A stretch of DNA of 64,000 bases, taken from contig OX597819.1 of assembly GCA_951406725.2 (NCBI GenBank), forward strand, positions 52,638,001 to 52,702,000, in the 5' to 3' direction. The stretch comes from Octopus vulgaris (lineage: Eukaryota). This document shows, piece by piece, positions 25,302 to 39,494 of the stretch (within the stretch, counting starts at the first letter, position 1; each line of letters begins with the position of its first letter). The notes under the pieces are model-generated. The model made no database searches, had not been told where the DNA came from, and saw only the letters and a program-made list of their open reading frames with translations. The translations under genes and the position numbers were made by a program.

Positions 25302-25617
25302 AATGTAGTCCTAGAAAAATTATGTCTGAGAAAGAAGAGCATGATGATCATAGATCTACTGGGTGACGGCTGACCTCAGGCTCAACAGCAACACAAGCAA
25401 AATGTTATTGAACAATTACATAAGGGATCAATCTAGAAACCCCCTATCGCAAGTAAAGTTATGGCTTCTTTTCCCATACACTAAATCCATACCAACTTTT
25501 GTAAACTGAACATTCAAATTAACACACGGTATTATAGATTTGTTCCTCAATGACAAACATCTGATTTTGGCCTTCAACAACAATCATATACTTTCTGCCT
25601 AGTGACCTGCTTTAAAT

Positions 25618-26158
25618 CAGTGATCTGAACCAGCGTCCACATAACCCTTTAGGGTTCCATAAAAAATTTGGGGCATCCACAGAGATAAAATAATAAATAA
25701 CAGATCCACAGCAGTATTTTAAGGGTTCATGAAAATATTTTCTATCAGTTGTTTACTGCAAAAAACAACTAGGTTTCTTTCGTTAATGTTTTACATAGAT
25801 CAACGAGTTTCCAGCCATTGAAACATGTTCGCTTAGAGAGTGCTATGGAAAACCTACAGAAGAGAATGTATGAAAAACAAAATAGGAATTTTGAAAGAAG
25901 TAGTCGTGACAAATGGCACCCACGCTTGTAGCACATAAAGCACCCATAACACTCTTGGAGTGGTTAGCGTTAGGAAGGGCGTCCAGATTGCCAGCCCTGG
26001 TCAAACTGTCCAACCCATGCCAGCATGGACAATGGACGTTAAATGATGAAGATGGTATCTGTAAAACTAGTTTTTAAACATCAAATGGCTATACAGGTCT
26101 ACAAGAGTAAAATGCTAATTTCAGGGGTCCATAGGTAAAAAATGGTTGAGGATCATTG
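25618..26158. mobile_element. hAT (Charlie-like) MITE with nested family C insertion
   Basis: Imperfect TIRs CAGTGATCTGAACC and GGTTGAGGATCATTG resemble CAGTG.TTCTCAACC-type hAT ends. The flanks share CTTTA (partial 8-bp TSD). Confidence 0.6.
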
Positions 26159-27812
26159 CTTTATCATCATCATCATCATTTTAATGTACACTTTTCTATG
26201 CTTGCATGGGTCAGACAGAATTTATTGAAGCAGATTTTCTGATACTGGATGCCCTTACCGTCGCCAACTCACCTGGTTCCAGGTAAGATAATATCTACTC
26301 ATGGTCAGATAATCTTTTTTAACCAGAAGACTAGAAATGAACAACCTCGCTTGTATGATGGTGACGCTCATCTACAACCAGCATATGATGTCAAGACAAG
26401 AGCACACACACACATTCATGTACAATAGACTTCTTCCAGTTTGCATCTACCAAATTCATTCACAAGGCTTTAGCTGACCCAGAGATATAGTAGAAGACAC
26501 TCGCCCAAGAAGACTTCTTCCAGTTTCCATCTACCAAATTCATTCACAGGGCTTTAGCTGGCCCAGGAATATAGTAAAAGACACTAGCCCAATGTGCTGC
26601 ACAGTGAGATTGAACTCAAAACTATGTGGTTGCAAAGTGAGTTTCCTAACTACAAAGCCTTCTCTACACCTAATTAATAATCTTTTTATTGTATTCCCGT
26701 TAGAAATTTATCACTATCAGTTTCTTGTGCTTTTCCATTTTCTTAAAACTAATGATATCTTTAATTCATGTCCTACTGCAAAAATTGCACTGTGTTCTTG
26801 GGCAAGGTACACAGGTCTACCTTCCTGAAAATTCAAGTTTAATTAAGAATGCATTTATCATTACCCCATTTTTATCATTATTACCATCATCATCATCATT
26901 ATCATGCAGTTTAATTAAGAAATCATTTACAATCAACACCATTATCACTACTATTGTTGCTGCTGTCAGCATCATCATCATCATCATTATTATTGTCCTT
27001 ATCATTATTAGCATCATTACTCATTTACTACAACTAAAATCCAAGAGCCTTCATTAAGCAATTTAACTCAACCAACACACATACATTCACACACACACAC
27101 ACACCTCACTAAAAGCCTTCAAGCCAGCTAATGATGATAATAATAATAAATTGTAATAATAACTATGGTTCCTTATCTTTTTGATAATCTTTGATTTTTC
27201 ATAAATTCCATAAAAAAAAAACAAATTTTTTTAAAAACAAAAATGAAAAAAACAAAAAAACAAAAGGAAAGAAATCAGTGAATAGACACATGAATAATTG
27301 GTTGCAAAGATAAATATGATAATAACTACCAATTACAGTGGCTATTAGACGAGATTCATTATCGAGACATTTTAATAATAATAAAAAAAAATAAAAAAAT
27401 AAAAAAAGAATTAAAAAATTGAAAATAAATTAAAAATAAATCAAATATTCTAACTAATAGTTGAATACGCCATTAGGAGTTTGAAAATAAGCATCGAAGA
27501 AGACACAGATTTCATCAACATAACTTTTTTTTTAAATGTTATTTTTTGCCTTATTTTCTTTGTTATCAATTTTATTTTTATGTACTTTCATTTTTGTTTT
27601 ACTCTTAGTTTATCGAAGACTAATTTGATTGTTTTTGTTGTTGTTCTTTGTAAGTATTTCCTTTTTTTTTCTTTTTACAGTGGATAAAATTTATAACACT
27701 TTCAATAGTAGATATATGTTAATTCGGAAAAAAAAAAAAAATCAACTAAGGTATTGATTTCTTTTCTTTAGTGTTTTAACTAATTTACTCAAATTTCAGA
27801 TACATAAAAAAA

Positions 27813-27867
<55 letters not shown>

Positions 27868-28484
27868 AAGAAAAAGGAAAGGGAGAAAGGAAGGCATATA
27901 TGACTAACAAGTGCAATCCTCACTCAACCCTAACATGTGCTTATAAACTGAAAGTTAAACCTAAGTAAACAAGACATTTTAGCTGCAATTAATAGTTGTC
28001 GTACCTGGCCCAAATATTCTACTTGTTTTATGTTAAAACTGACCAGATCAAACCTCTCATACCAACCAACAATGTCATTCTAAAAATATACACTACTGAA
28101 ACCTTGAAGCTAGAAGATAATGCGTGGGTCGTTTGAAACAATATAGATAAATAGGCAATACCTTTGACAGCGTAATCTAAATGCTAAAGGGTTAAACATA
28201 GGCACAAGGTCTTAAATTTGAGGAGAGGGGCATAATTGATTACATTGAACACAGTACAAGACAGCTACCTCTCCTTCATTGATCCACCCAGCTCTACAAG
28301 AATGAAAGGTAAGTTTGAAATTGGAGAGATTTGAACTCAGATATAAAAGGACTGTAACTAAATGAGCACATGGTATTTTTTCCAATTCTCTACCAATTCA
28401 GCTAACCCTTACTGAAACAAGCATTAGTACTAGGATACATATTGATAATACACACATATGTGTGTGCATGTGCATGTGTGTGAG

Positions 28485-29005
28485 GGTGCATGGTTTAGTG
28501 ATTAGGGTGTTGATTTCAATTCCTAGACTGGGCAGTGCATTGTGTTCTTGAAAAGAACACTTTATCTTATTTCATTTATTGTCCACAAGGGGCTAAACAA
28601 AGAAGGGACAAACAAGGACAGACAAAGGGATTAAGTCGATTACATCAACCCCAGTGTGCAACTGGTACATATTTAATCGACCCCGAAAGGATGCAAGGGA
28701 AAGTCAACCTCAGCAGAATTTGAATTCAGAATGTAACGGCAGATGAAATACTGCCTAAGCATTTCGCCCGGTGTGCTAATGTTTCTGCCAGCTTGCCATC
28801 TTTTAACACTTTATCTTGTGTTGCTCTGTGATCGCTTCGACACTGCACACGTGGCACACTGTGAACCTATTCAGACAACATCGATTTGATGGAGGGAGTG
28901 AGCTAAAGTGTGGCATGAACATTTGATCACTATAAACAAATCATTTGTGCAAGTCTTTCAGCAAAGGCTGAACACGCATGTTGTCTGCAACAGGAGAGCC
29001 CATCA
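28485..29005 (+). mobile_element. SINE family G-type copy split by a SINE B insertion
   Basis: Head at 28485-28568, resuming at 28805; homologous to 34783-35080. Confidence 0.75.
28569..28804 (-). mobile_element. SINE family B with 13-bp TSD, CpG-decayed
   Basis: AACACTTTATCTT at 28556-28568 and 28805-28817. Confidence 0.9.
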
Positions 29006-29007
29006 TA

Positions 29008-29400
29008 TCTTTATATATAGAAGTCAAGTTGTATGTCTGTCTCCTACGATTTAGATTCCTAACTACTCCCACATTTTGCGGTGCAGTTTAACCAAAACCA
29101 GGTATCTTATAGTCGTGATTCATATCGAGCCCTTCTGGGTATTAGCGCGCGTCTACGATGAGCCTACGATTTAAAAAAAAATTTACCATAATTTTTTTCC
29201 ACTTTAATGCATTTTTCGCTATTATATAAGGGAAGTAACTCTTTAAAAATGTCTACAATGAGTCAACGATTTAAAAAAAAATTTACCATCATTTTTTTCC
29301 ATTTTTAATGCATTTTTTTGCTATTTTTTGGCTATAACTCTCTAAAAATGCTTATATAGTTATTTCCCTTACAAACCCGAGCAACGCCAGGCGATACTGC

Positions 29401-29403
<3 letters not shown>
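29008..29403 (+). mobile_element. Non-autonomous Helitron
   Basis: 5' A|TCTTTATATATA, subterminal hairpin CCCGAGCAACGCCAGG, 3' end CTAT (variant of CTAG) followed by T. Internal direct repeat at ~29151-29220 and 29251-29322. Confidence 0.8.
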
Positions 29404-29460
<57 letters not shown>

Positions 29461-30403
29461 GTATGTATAAGAGAGGGAGAGAACCTTAGCTTTACAAAAA
29501 TAAATTAAAACAAACAGTTAAAAGTTGTAATAACCAAGTAATATACAATCTTCTTTATTCTACGGATTATACAGTGACAGCTAAATAAAATTGATAAGGC
29601 TGTTATTTTTCAGAATTAAAAATGAAAATGGTAAGGAATGGAAAATAAATAAAGACATTTGATGAAACTAAATCAGATTGGGCTTGTAACAATGATAATA
29701 TACTGGAGACTTATTTCTTATTTCGAGCCGTCATTGCTGTTGTTGTTGCTGTTCTAGGATTAATTAATTGGATACAGAATACAGATATGAAAGAATTATA
29801 GCAGTTCTATTGTTCTCTTAGATTTGTACTAATTAATATTTCAGCATGAAGGAAAAAAGATAAAATCGGGCAGAAAAGGAAAGAGAACTAGAGTTCTTTA
29901 CTAAACAAAGCCAATATGAAAAGGTATATTCAGTGTGAAAGGCAAGAGTTTATAAATAGAGAAGAAAGGAAATACACAACCGCCAACCCATGCACATACA
30001 TACAGTTCATGAATTAATATTCATCATCATCAATGTTTTACAGACCACTTTCCTGGGTCGGATGGAATTTTCTGAGGCAGATTTTTTTACAGCGAGATAC
30101 CCTTCTTGATGTCAACCTTCACCTGTTTCAAAGTAGGGTAATATTTACTCATGGCCAAACATGTCTTTAAGGGTGTTCAGAAATGATTGAAACTTTTTGT
30201 ATGACAGTCACATTCATTTACAACCATTGTATGATGTCAAGAGAAGGAAACACCCCCCCACACACACACACACACACATACAGGGCATCTGACTGTCTAA
30301 AAAAACTCTGCCTTGACAAATACTGTCTGACCCAGGCAAGCATGGAAAAGTAAACATTATTACGATGGCTAAATACAGCATGGCTCAGTTCACCTAAATA
30401 CTT

Positions 30404-31140
30404 GGCTGCATAGTAAGAAGTTTGCTTCCCAATCACAAGCTTCTGGGTTCAGTCTCACTGCATGGCACCTTGGGCATGTGTCTTCTACTATAGCCTCAGG
30501 TCAGTCAAAGCCTTGTGAGTGAATTTGGTAGATGGAAACCATTTAACGTCCATCTTCCATACTGGCATGGCTTGAATGGTATGACATGGAGCTGGATAGC
30601 AGGGGAGCTATCCTGACTCCAATTGTCTGTTGTGGCATGGTTTCTATGGCTGGATGCCCTTCCTAATGCCAACCACTTTAAAGAGTGTGTTTGGTGCCAT
30701 TTACATACCACCAGCATGGGTGCTTTTTCACAGCACCAGCACAAGTGCATTTTATGTGCACCAGAACCTGTAAAGGACAAGCCTGTATGTGTGGATGGCA
30801 GTAATTTTACTTAGGTTGGCACATCTTCTCAAGTACAGCAAATCACAACTTCTGTGTATGTGTGTGTGCGTTTTTGTGTGTGTGTGTGAGAGAGAAAGAG
30901 ACAGTTATGTGTGTGTGCATGCATGTGTGTATGTGTGAGAGTGTGTGTGTCTGTGCCTGTTTCCCCCACCCCTCAGCATGACACCTGGTGTTGGTGCGTT
31001 TCCATGCCCATAACTTAGCAGTTTGGCAAAAGAAACAGACAGGAACAGCACCAGGTTTAAAAAGTAAGGGTTAATTCATTTGACTAAAATTCTTCTAGCT
31101 GGTGCCCCACCATGGCCACAATCTAATGACTGAAACAAAA
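30404..31140 (+). mobile_element. SINE family A interrupted by an inverted family C copy
   Basis: Head at 30404-30540, family C on the minus strand at ~30541-30850, tail at ~30955-31140; CpGs decayed. Confidence 0.75.
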
Positions 31141-33524
31141 ACGATAAGTCAGAGTGGTACCCAATTGACGGAAAGATTTACCTTCCCTCATTTCAACACT
31201 AACAAACTTAAGCTAAGCACCAATCTAATCCTTATGTGACATTCTTCTTTCAATTTCTTTTTTTTAATTTATATTATTCACAAGAATTTCTCCAAACAGT
31301 CGCCATTTTTTCATTCTCATTCTATATCGTCAGAAAACATTGCTCTCTGATAATGAGTCCTGCTTGGAATGCTAGAATTTGACATCTCCTCTTCCTCATG
31401 ACATAGCAATTTACTCTACTTTTGAACAACATTAACTAAACACAACTGGCTTGACTTCATTACTGACAAATTCCAATAACTTAGGAAATATATGTTAAGC
31501 TGTTAAATGATCAAGAAGGCTGAGAGGGGAAACAATAGTGTTGAACAGGATGTAGAGCAGTAAGGATTTCTGTGTTAATTAGCCACATTAGGATGGAGAA
31601 AGAACAAATATAGTGGTAACATCACAGCACTGGTTGGATTAAACAAACCATTTATTAAAAGGAACTGGAAGAGATTGCCATAATTGTTTGCAGAGGATAC
31701 AACTCCATGGAAATCTGCCTTATTAAGAAGAGGAAGACTGTAGTAAACTAGAATTGTCTTTAGCTTCCTTTATAGGAAAAGGCCATATCCGTAGTTTAGA
31801 TTAATTACAGATTGGAGAGGTAGGAATGGAAAAGAAATACAAAAGCAATAAAAGCAGAGACAGCCTTCCTTGATAACTTAATACCAAAAAGAAAGCCTTT
31901 TCAAGGTTCTTCAACCTGTTTGATATAGCAGCTAAATCTCTCTCAAACAATTTCATAAGTCTTGAAAAAAACAAGGAGACATTGGACAATGTAGTCCTGG
32001 GTGTATAAAATAATGGTATGATCATGACCGGAATGTCTTTGATGATATCAGAGGTTAGCCTGATCAGGACCGACCTTGCAACTAAACAATAGCAATGACA
32101 ATTTAACTCATTTTATACCAAACTCTCCAAAACAGCCTCTAGTTCAATGATGTAAAATCTCCTGTTTTAAAATATTCATTCTAACATAATTTTATGTAAA
32201 ATCTTTTATTTGTTAAGTTACATTTCAGACACCGAACTGATAATGACAAAAGTTAGTTAATTTACAAAATGACATCTAAATCTGGATTATTTTCAAAGTT
32301 ACTAAAATGTCCATAGACAGACTGTTTCAATAGAAATATGAAGATAAAATATTCAATCCCTAAATTTAGTGATTTTGTATCTTAGACTAATAAATATAAT
32401 CTGCTTCCTAACTTACCTTCAACTTACTTTCCATGTTTCCATGTTTTTAGGCTACATGGGGGTATGTTTCATCAAGAATATGGTGATAAAACATTTAATC
32501 TCTTTCCAACCACATAGTTCCGGGTTCACCACTGCATAGTACCTTGGGCAAGTGTCTTATACTGTAGCATTGGGCTGACCAAAACCTTGTGAGTGGATTT
32601 CATAGAGGGAAGCTAAAAGAAGCCCATTGTGTGTGTGTGTGTGTGTGTATATCACTTGACAACCACTGTTGGTGTGTTTATGTCCCCACAGCTTAGCAGT
32701 TCAGTAAAAGGAGACCAACAGAATAAGTGCTGGGGTCGATTCATTTGATTAGAATATTCAAAGCAATGTCCCAAAAACACCAGTTTAATAATGATGAAGA
32801 ATTTTACTAAATTCTCAACTACTTTCAAAAGCTACAGTAACGAAGGTAGAGTATGTAAACAGAAATATGGTAACAAAAGGGTGAAAGTATATTTAACAAC
32901 TTCATGTGTTATTAAATCCCTAGAATGGCTTCTAAATAATGTAACTGCTTCTTTGCATATCCTCTCCAGATGAAATTTCTTTTCTCTCCTATACACAAAA
33001 CCAGCTCTATGAAACCTTAGGGAGTTGTGAATGTACGAACAAACAACAGAGACCACCAAAACTACACAAAACCTGTCTCAATAGTCAAATATTTTAACTT
33101 GTCGTACTTGTAAAATCAAGGCAGCTGGCAGTCTTCTTTCCATGGCTCTCTCTCTTAGTTAAATGTATTTATTTGAAGTAGTCAAGCATGTAAGTGAAAA
33201 AACAAGTCTTCCTACATATGCCATGTTGTATTGGATGTCGTGAAGAAATCTCAATTTTCCACAAGTGCATTGTATACCAGTAAATGGTTAAACACACACA
33301 CAAGCACCACACTCAAGAACACAAAAATCCTCACATAATATGAAACACTTCTGAATAAAGTGTTATATGAAATATGATACAACGGAAAGAATTATAATAA
33401 AGTCAGGAAAAGGCAATAAGCAGAAAAAAAAAATATCTCATGTAAGTATTTATATCTGTATATATTTGTGTGTGTGAGTGTGTGAGTTGTGAGTGTGTAA
33501 TAATACAATATCTGCCAATATTCT

Positions 33525-33726
33525 TGATATATATATATATAGATATACATATGAATACATATACATATATATACACACATATATATATACATGCATACAT
33601 ATATATATACATACACACACATATATATATACATGCATACACATATATATACATACACACACATATATATATACATGCATACACATATATATACATACAC
33701 ACACATATATATATACATGCATACAC

Positions 33727-33763
<37 letters not shown>

Positions 33764-34110
33764 TATACATCCATACATATATATATAAACATGCATATAC
33801 ATATGTATACACACACATATATACATGCATATACATATATATATACACATACATATATATATATATATACATATATACATGAATATACATATACATATAT
33901 ACGTACATACACATATACATACATATACATATATATACACATACATATATATATATATACATATATACATGAATATACATATACATATATACGTACATAC
34001 ACATATACATACATACACATATATATGTATATATATATATATACATATATACACATACATATATGCATATATACATACATATGCACATACATAGACACAA
34101 GCACACACAC
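33525..34110. repeat. Compound TA/CA microsatellite with higher-order repeat units
   Basis: ACATGCATACACATATATAT blocks and GAATATACATATACATATATACGTACATAC blocks recur in tandem. Confidence 0.9.
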
Positions 34111-35339
34111 AAATATATTTAGGTAAGAAGTGGGTTTTGTTTTTTTTTTTCTTACTTCTGATCCAACTATTTCAATTCAGAACAGAAAAAAATCCACCAA
34201 TGGGGGATTTAATTTCAATTAAATAGCTTTGATATTAAACAGAGAACTTAAAACAAGTATTTAAGAAAAAGAATGTAATGGCAATGCGGTAAGGTTGGGT
34301 TGAGAAGATGCACTGGAACCAAGAGGTCCCTGAGAGAGAGAGAGAGAGAGAGTGCGAGAGAGAAAACGCAGCCACCTCCTACATTAGTAGCACTAAATTA
34401 ACTAATAAAGTACTTCAGTTTGATGGTGATTTGATGGTGACTGAGGCTGGGAAATGCAGACGCAGATGGAAAAGAGGAAACCAAATACCAGAATAAATTA
34501 GATTCTTAAAGTAGAGACTAATTATAATTAAACATCCCAAAGAGGAAATAGATGTGAAGATATGTGTGTGTGTGTGTGTGCCACATGTTTGTTTAAGTGT
34601 GTTTATATGAATATAATACCCATGCATATATGTATGGCTCTATGTGTGCATGTATATATACATATATATATATACATACGTATAAACATATACATATATA
34701 TACACACACACACACACATATATATATATTTATATACAAATGTATATATACATATATACATGTGTATATATATATATTTATATGCATGGCTTAGTAGTTA
34801 GGGTGTTGTACACGTGATTGCAAGATCATGGGTTCGATTCCCAGACTGGGCGTAGCATTCTTGAGCAATGCACTCCATTTCACATTGCTCTGCAATCATT
34901 TCAACATCTGACACATGACACCCAGTTGCACCTGTACAGGTAATATCGATTTGATGGAGGGAGTGAGCTTATGTCTACGCAAACATCTGATCACAATAAA
35001 CAGATTATCTGTGTGGTTGTTGTTCGGTAAGATATTGTTCAACCCTCATACATTGCCTAACAACAGGAGATTCCATTATTATACATACATATATATATAT
35101 ATATACACACACACACATAAATTTCCTTTGTGGCACCACACTTATTTCTGTCTTTATTACTGATTTTGCACTATCTCTCTCTGGCCGGGTGACTTTGTAC
35201 CTTCTCTACAGTGAGACACCTGTTTCTGCCTCTCTGCCTCACTATCACCTTTCATCATCTGATACGAGATCACCTCCTGCAATTGCCCCTCTCCTGTCAA
35301 AAGATTTTTGTCTAGTAGGTTACTTGGTGACCCTGTCAG

Positions 35340-35630
35340 TGCAGGTGCCACTTAAAAAGCAGCCAATCCACACTGTAAAGTGGTTGGCATTTGGAAGGGC
35401 ATCCACCTGCCAAAAAAAACCTTGCCAAAACTGACCTCGCCTGTACTTGTGCGACGTAAAAAGCACTTAATCCACTCTGCTGAGTGGTTGGTGTTAGGAA
35501 GGGCATCCAGCTGTAAAGATCCTGCCAAAACAGTTGCAGAAATCTGATACAGGCTTCTGCCTGGTCAGTTCCTGTTAAAATGTCCTACTCATGCTATCAT
35601 GGAAAGCAGACATTAAACGATGATGATGAT
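35340..35630 (+). mobile_element. Family C retroposon with internal duplication
   Basis: GTGGTTGG..TT.GGAAGGGCATCCA occurs twice; (GAT)n tail. An inverted copy follows at ~35836-36185. Confidence 0.75.
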
Positions 35631-36180
35631 ATATACATGTGTGTATGTATATATATATATATGTGTGTATGTGTGTGTCTGTATGTATGTATATATTTAT
35701 ATATGTGTGTGTGTGTGTATATATATATATATGTGAATATAAATATATTTATATATATTTGTGTATATACATTTATGTTTATATATATTTATATATATAT
35801 ATGTATATATATTTATGTTTATATTTATATATATATCATCATCATCATTTAACATTTGTTTTCCATGCTAGCATGGGTTGGATGGTTCGACCGAGGTCTG
35901 GGAAGCCAGGAGGCTGCACCAGGCTCCAGTCTGATCTGGCAGTGTTTCTACAGCTGGATGCTTTTTACGTGCCACCGGCATGGGTGTCAGGCGAGACTGG
36001 CAACAGCCATGATTGGTTGGTGCTTTTTATGTGCCACCGGCACGGAAGCCAGTCAAGGTGGCGCTGGCATTGGCTATGATCGGATGATGCATTTTACGTG
36101 CCACCAGCACAGGTATCACAATTCAATTTCCATTTGATTTTTTGATGTTGATGTACTTGACTCAATAGGTCTCCTCAAGC

Positions 36181-36227
<47 letters not shown>

Positions 36228-36285
36228 GCATATACACATGAATATATACATTTATATATATGTGTGTGTGTGTGTGTATGTATAT

Positions 36286-36319
<34 letters not shown>

Positions 36320-36718
36320 GAGTGTTTATTACTGAAACACACACACACTTCTATAACATGTATAAAGATGTATTTAAGACTAGCATTTCATGAATGAGGC
36401 TCCACATATTGATGATGTTTCCAGACGGCTTCCTAATTTCTCAGTCTCGATTTAGAGCACTTCAATCACTGTACAGGCCAATTATATATCCATCACAACG
36501 ATTTCTTCATAACATAGCTTTTAGCTTCCTCGCTTAGCTATTTATCCTTGTTTTTATTTTCACCCATTCAACTTCTTACCAATATGCACACACCCCATCC
36601 CCTGCTCTTTCTCTATCACAGTGTCTTTCCATTTATGGTACTCTTAATTTCTCTGTCTGTCTGTCTCTCTCTCTCTCTAGCTTTTAGAGATTTTACATTT
36701 AATATCAAAAGCAAAGGA

Positions 36719-36940
36719 TATGATGATGTGCTGAAAAGTTCCTGGCTTTGGTTAAAAGAAAATATAGGAAGATCAGTTAATAATGATTTTATTCACCATA
36801 TTCCCCTCTCAGATTCACACACTTATTGCAGCAGTCCTTCAGTTTTCCTAAGCCCTGTAAAAGAACCTAGAAGGTTAGGCCTCCAACTAGGCCTTTCACA
36901 ACGCCCTTAAAACTAGGAGCTTTTCATCACCTCCTCATCT
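36719..36940 (-). mobile_element. Internally deleted mariner element (MITE) retaining the transposase C-terminus
   Basis: TIRs TGCTGAAAAGTTCCTGGCTTT and AAAACTAGGAGCTTTTCATCA, with TA at the left end. The minus strand encodes ..KLKDCCNKCVNLRGEYGE*, matching the mariner KCxxxxGxYxE* end. Confidence 0.8.
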
Positions 36941-37129
36941 AGTTTATGAAGTTATATTGGTGGCAATACCTTGAGGAACATTTTCTCTGAAATAATACAT
37001 CACAGTGTATGAAGTACAGTGGATTCCCGACTCAGTTATATCACCAACATAGTCATAGTCAGCATTTCAAAGATTGACTGAGTGCTTCTTTTAAAGGAAA
37101 AAGAATAAAAGCTATTAAGGGAAATAGTG

Positions 37130-37348
37130 GTTTCAAATTTCAGCACACAAGGTCAGTAATTCTGGGGTAGGGGTTAAGTCGATTATATCAACCCCAATGC
37201 TCAACTGGTACTTATTTCATTGACACCCAACAAAAGGATGAAAGGCAAAATGAAGCTCAGTAGAATTTCAACTCAGAATATAAAGGTGGATGAAAAACCA
37301 TTAAGCATCTTGCCCAGCATGTTAACGATTCTGCCAGCTCACCACCCT
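37130..37348 (-). mobile_element. SINE family B, CpG-decayed
   Basis: Family motifs with CpG>TpG/CpA changes. Similar copies at ~56630-56800 and 60150-60355. Confidence 0.8.
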
Positions 37349-38084
37349 TGTAAAGTGAAATATTGCCCAACACCTCTCAGTATAAATACACAAATGGTGG
37401 TGGTGATAGCAGCAGTGATGATGATGACGATGATCAATGATGGTGATGATGTATTTCGCAGGGCACTAGCTGCAGTAGGAATCACCATCAACAGTGTTAC
37501 CATCTTCATTATCATCACCACCACCACCACCACCATCCTCATCTTCACCACCATGATGATGATGATGATGATGACGACAGCAGTGATGATGATAACGATT
37601 CTTACTGCAGCTTGTGGTACTCAAAATATAACCTATTTTAAACAGCTAAACTCAAATTTCTCCCCTGTTACATTAATATACCTAGTTCATTTTAATTAAT
37701 TAACTGCTAATAAACACACCTCCCAAGAGGGTTTCATAGAAAAGTTAATCTAAAAAGTTTACATTTTATTTTCCTTTTCACTACTTATTACTCACAATCA
37801 CTAAACGACACAAGTTCAATGAGGAGTCACACAGCTTAATTGACGGTTCAGTGCATAATTATGTTTAATTACCGAGTTCTTTTTTTTTTTTAATAGTTTT
37901 CCTCATTTATTTCTTAAACCTTGAAACCTTTCTTCAACATTAATTTCTTTCTTACTAATCCAACGGATCATTTCACACCCTTCAAGTAAAAGAGATGAAT
38001 AAAACTTAGGATTTTAAGAAAGAAAGAAATAAAAAGCATGAAATAAAAACACTGCACTCCTGTTGTTTTGTAATTTTTATATAT

Positions 38085-38507
38085 CTCCAACTTGTTTCAG
38101 TCAGTGGGCCATAGCCATGCTGGGGCACCGCCTTGAAGAGTTTTAGTCAAACAACTTGACTCCTGTACTGAAGTCTGGTACCTATTCTGTCGGTCTCTTT
38201 AGCCAAACAGCTACGTTATGGCGAAGCGAACCATCACTGGTAGCTAAGCAGTAATGGGAGATATACACAAGCACAAAGACATGTAAATACATATACATAC
38301 ACATACACGTGTTTGTGTGTGTGGTGTACATACACACACACACACACTACAGGCTTCCAAACAGTTTCCATTTACCATATTTATTCGCAAGGTATTAGTT
38401 GGCTTGGGCCTATGGTAGAAGGCACTTGCCCAAGGTGCTATGCAGTGGGTTTGAACCTAAAACAACATAGTTGCAAATTGAGCTTCTAAGCCACACAGCC
38501 ATGCCTG

Positions 38508-38510
<3 letters not shown>
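38085..38510 (-). mobile_element. SINE family A
   Basis: Reverse-complement head (CCACACAGCCATGCCTGC) and tail. Further copies at ~21303-21445, 26425-26660, 32505-32790, 40947-41870, 46255-46465, 48310-48467, 49087-49250 and 54250-54400. Confidence 0.8.
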
Positions 38511-38542
<32 letters not shown>

Positions 38543-38904
38543 CACAGACAGACAGACAGACAGAGGGAAACAGGGACAGAGAGAAGCAGGGACAAAGAAA
38601 GCGACAGACTAATAAACCAAGACCCTACACAAAGCTAAAACAAGATGATTACTTGTTTATCTAAATGGCTTCCCCCCCCCCCCCATGTTCTCCTTTCTGC
38701 ACCACATACAGTTCTTATATATCCAGAGAGTTTTCTTGCACCACTGTCAGTTGTTTAAATCAAAGTTCTACTTTTTTTCTTGCTTCTTTTGTTGTTGTTG
38801 TTGTTGTTGCTGCTTTGTCTGTTGACTGGTCTACCAATTGTTCATTCAGCGCAATGTTTTAACTGGCTGTTAGTCTATTATTCAGTTATTCTGACAGTTA
38901 TGAA

Positions 38905-38935
<31 letters not shown>

Positions 38936-39494
38936 GTAATAAAAAAGACTGCTTTGCAACTGAATATTGGCAGGTATACTGGTGAGACGGGGTTTGATGA
39001 GAGGGGGGTGGATTCTGTTGAAAACAGTTAATAAATATATGATGAGGTGTACATTTCTATTGAAAAGAAAACGAAGACCAACATAGAAACAGAAGCTTGT
39101 ATCCATACAAACATAACACATCCATGAGAATAATTAATTCCACCCCACCCCTGTACATCTTTTTTTTGTTCTTTCAATGATTAGCTGTGACCTTGAAGTA
39201 ATTTATATTCAGGCCACTTAGGTCAAAGTTCAAATACTGCCAGCATTAATTTCACCTCTGAACTAAAACAAGCACCAATATCACTGCCTAATAGAATTGG
39301 GGGGTCCATAACAACTGGCCCATGGATCAATTGGCATCGTGGCCACAGTGAAAGAATAAACTTTAAAATTTTATTTCTATTATGTTAACTATTGCAGCAT
39401 GCAGGATATTTTTTTTTGAAAAATTACCACTTCTGTCTGAGCCTCTTTCCTGTACTTATTTAAATCAGTTTTTGTGCACCAATGAGCCCACAAA

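Noticed and set aside
34115-34130. Plus-strand TTTAG|GTAAGA
   Set aside because: Preceded by a CA/TA microsatellite rather than a polypyrimidine tract.
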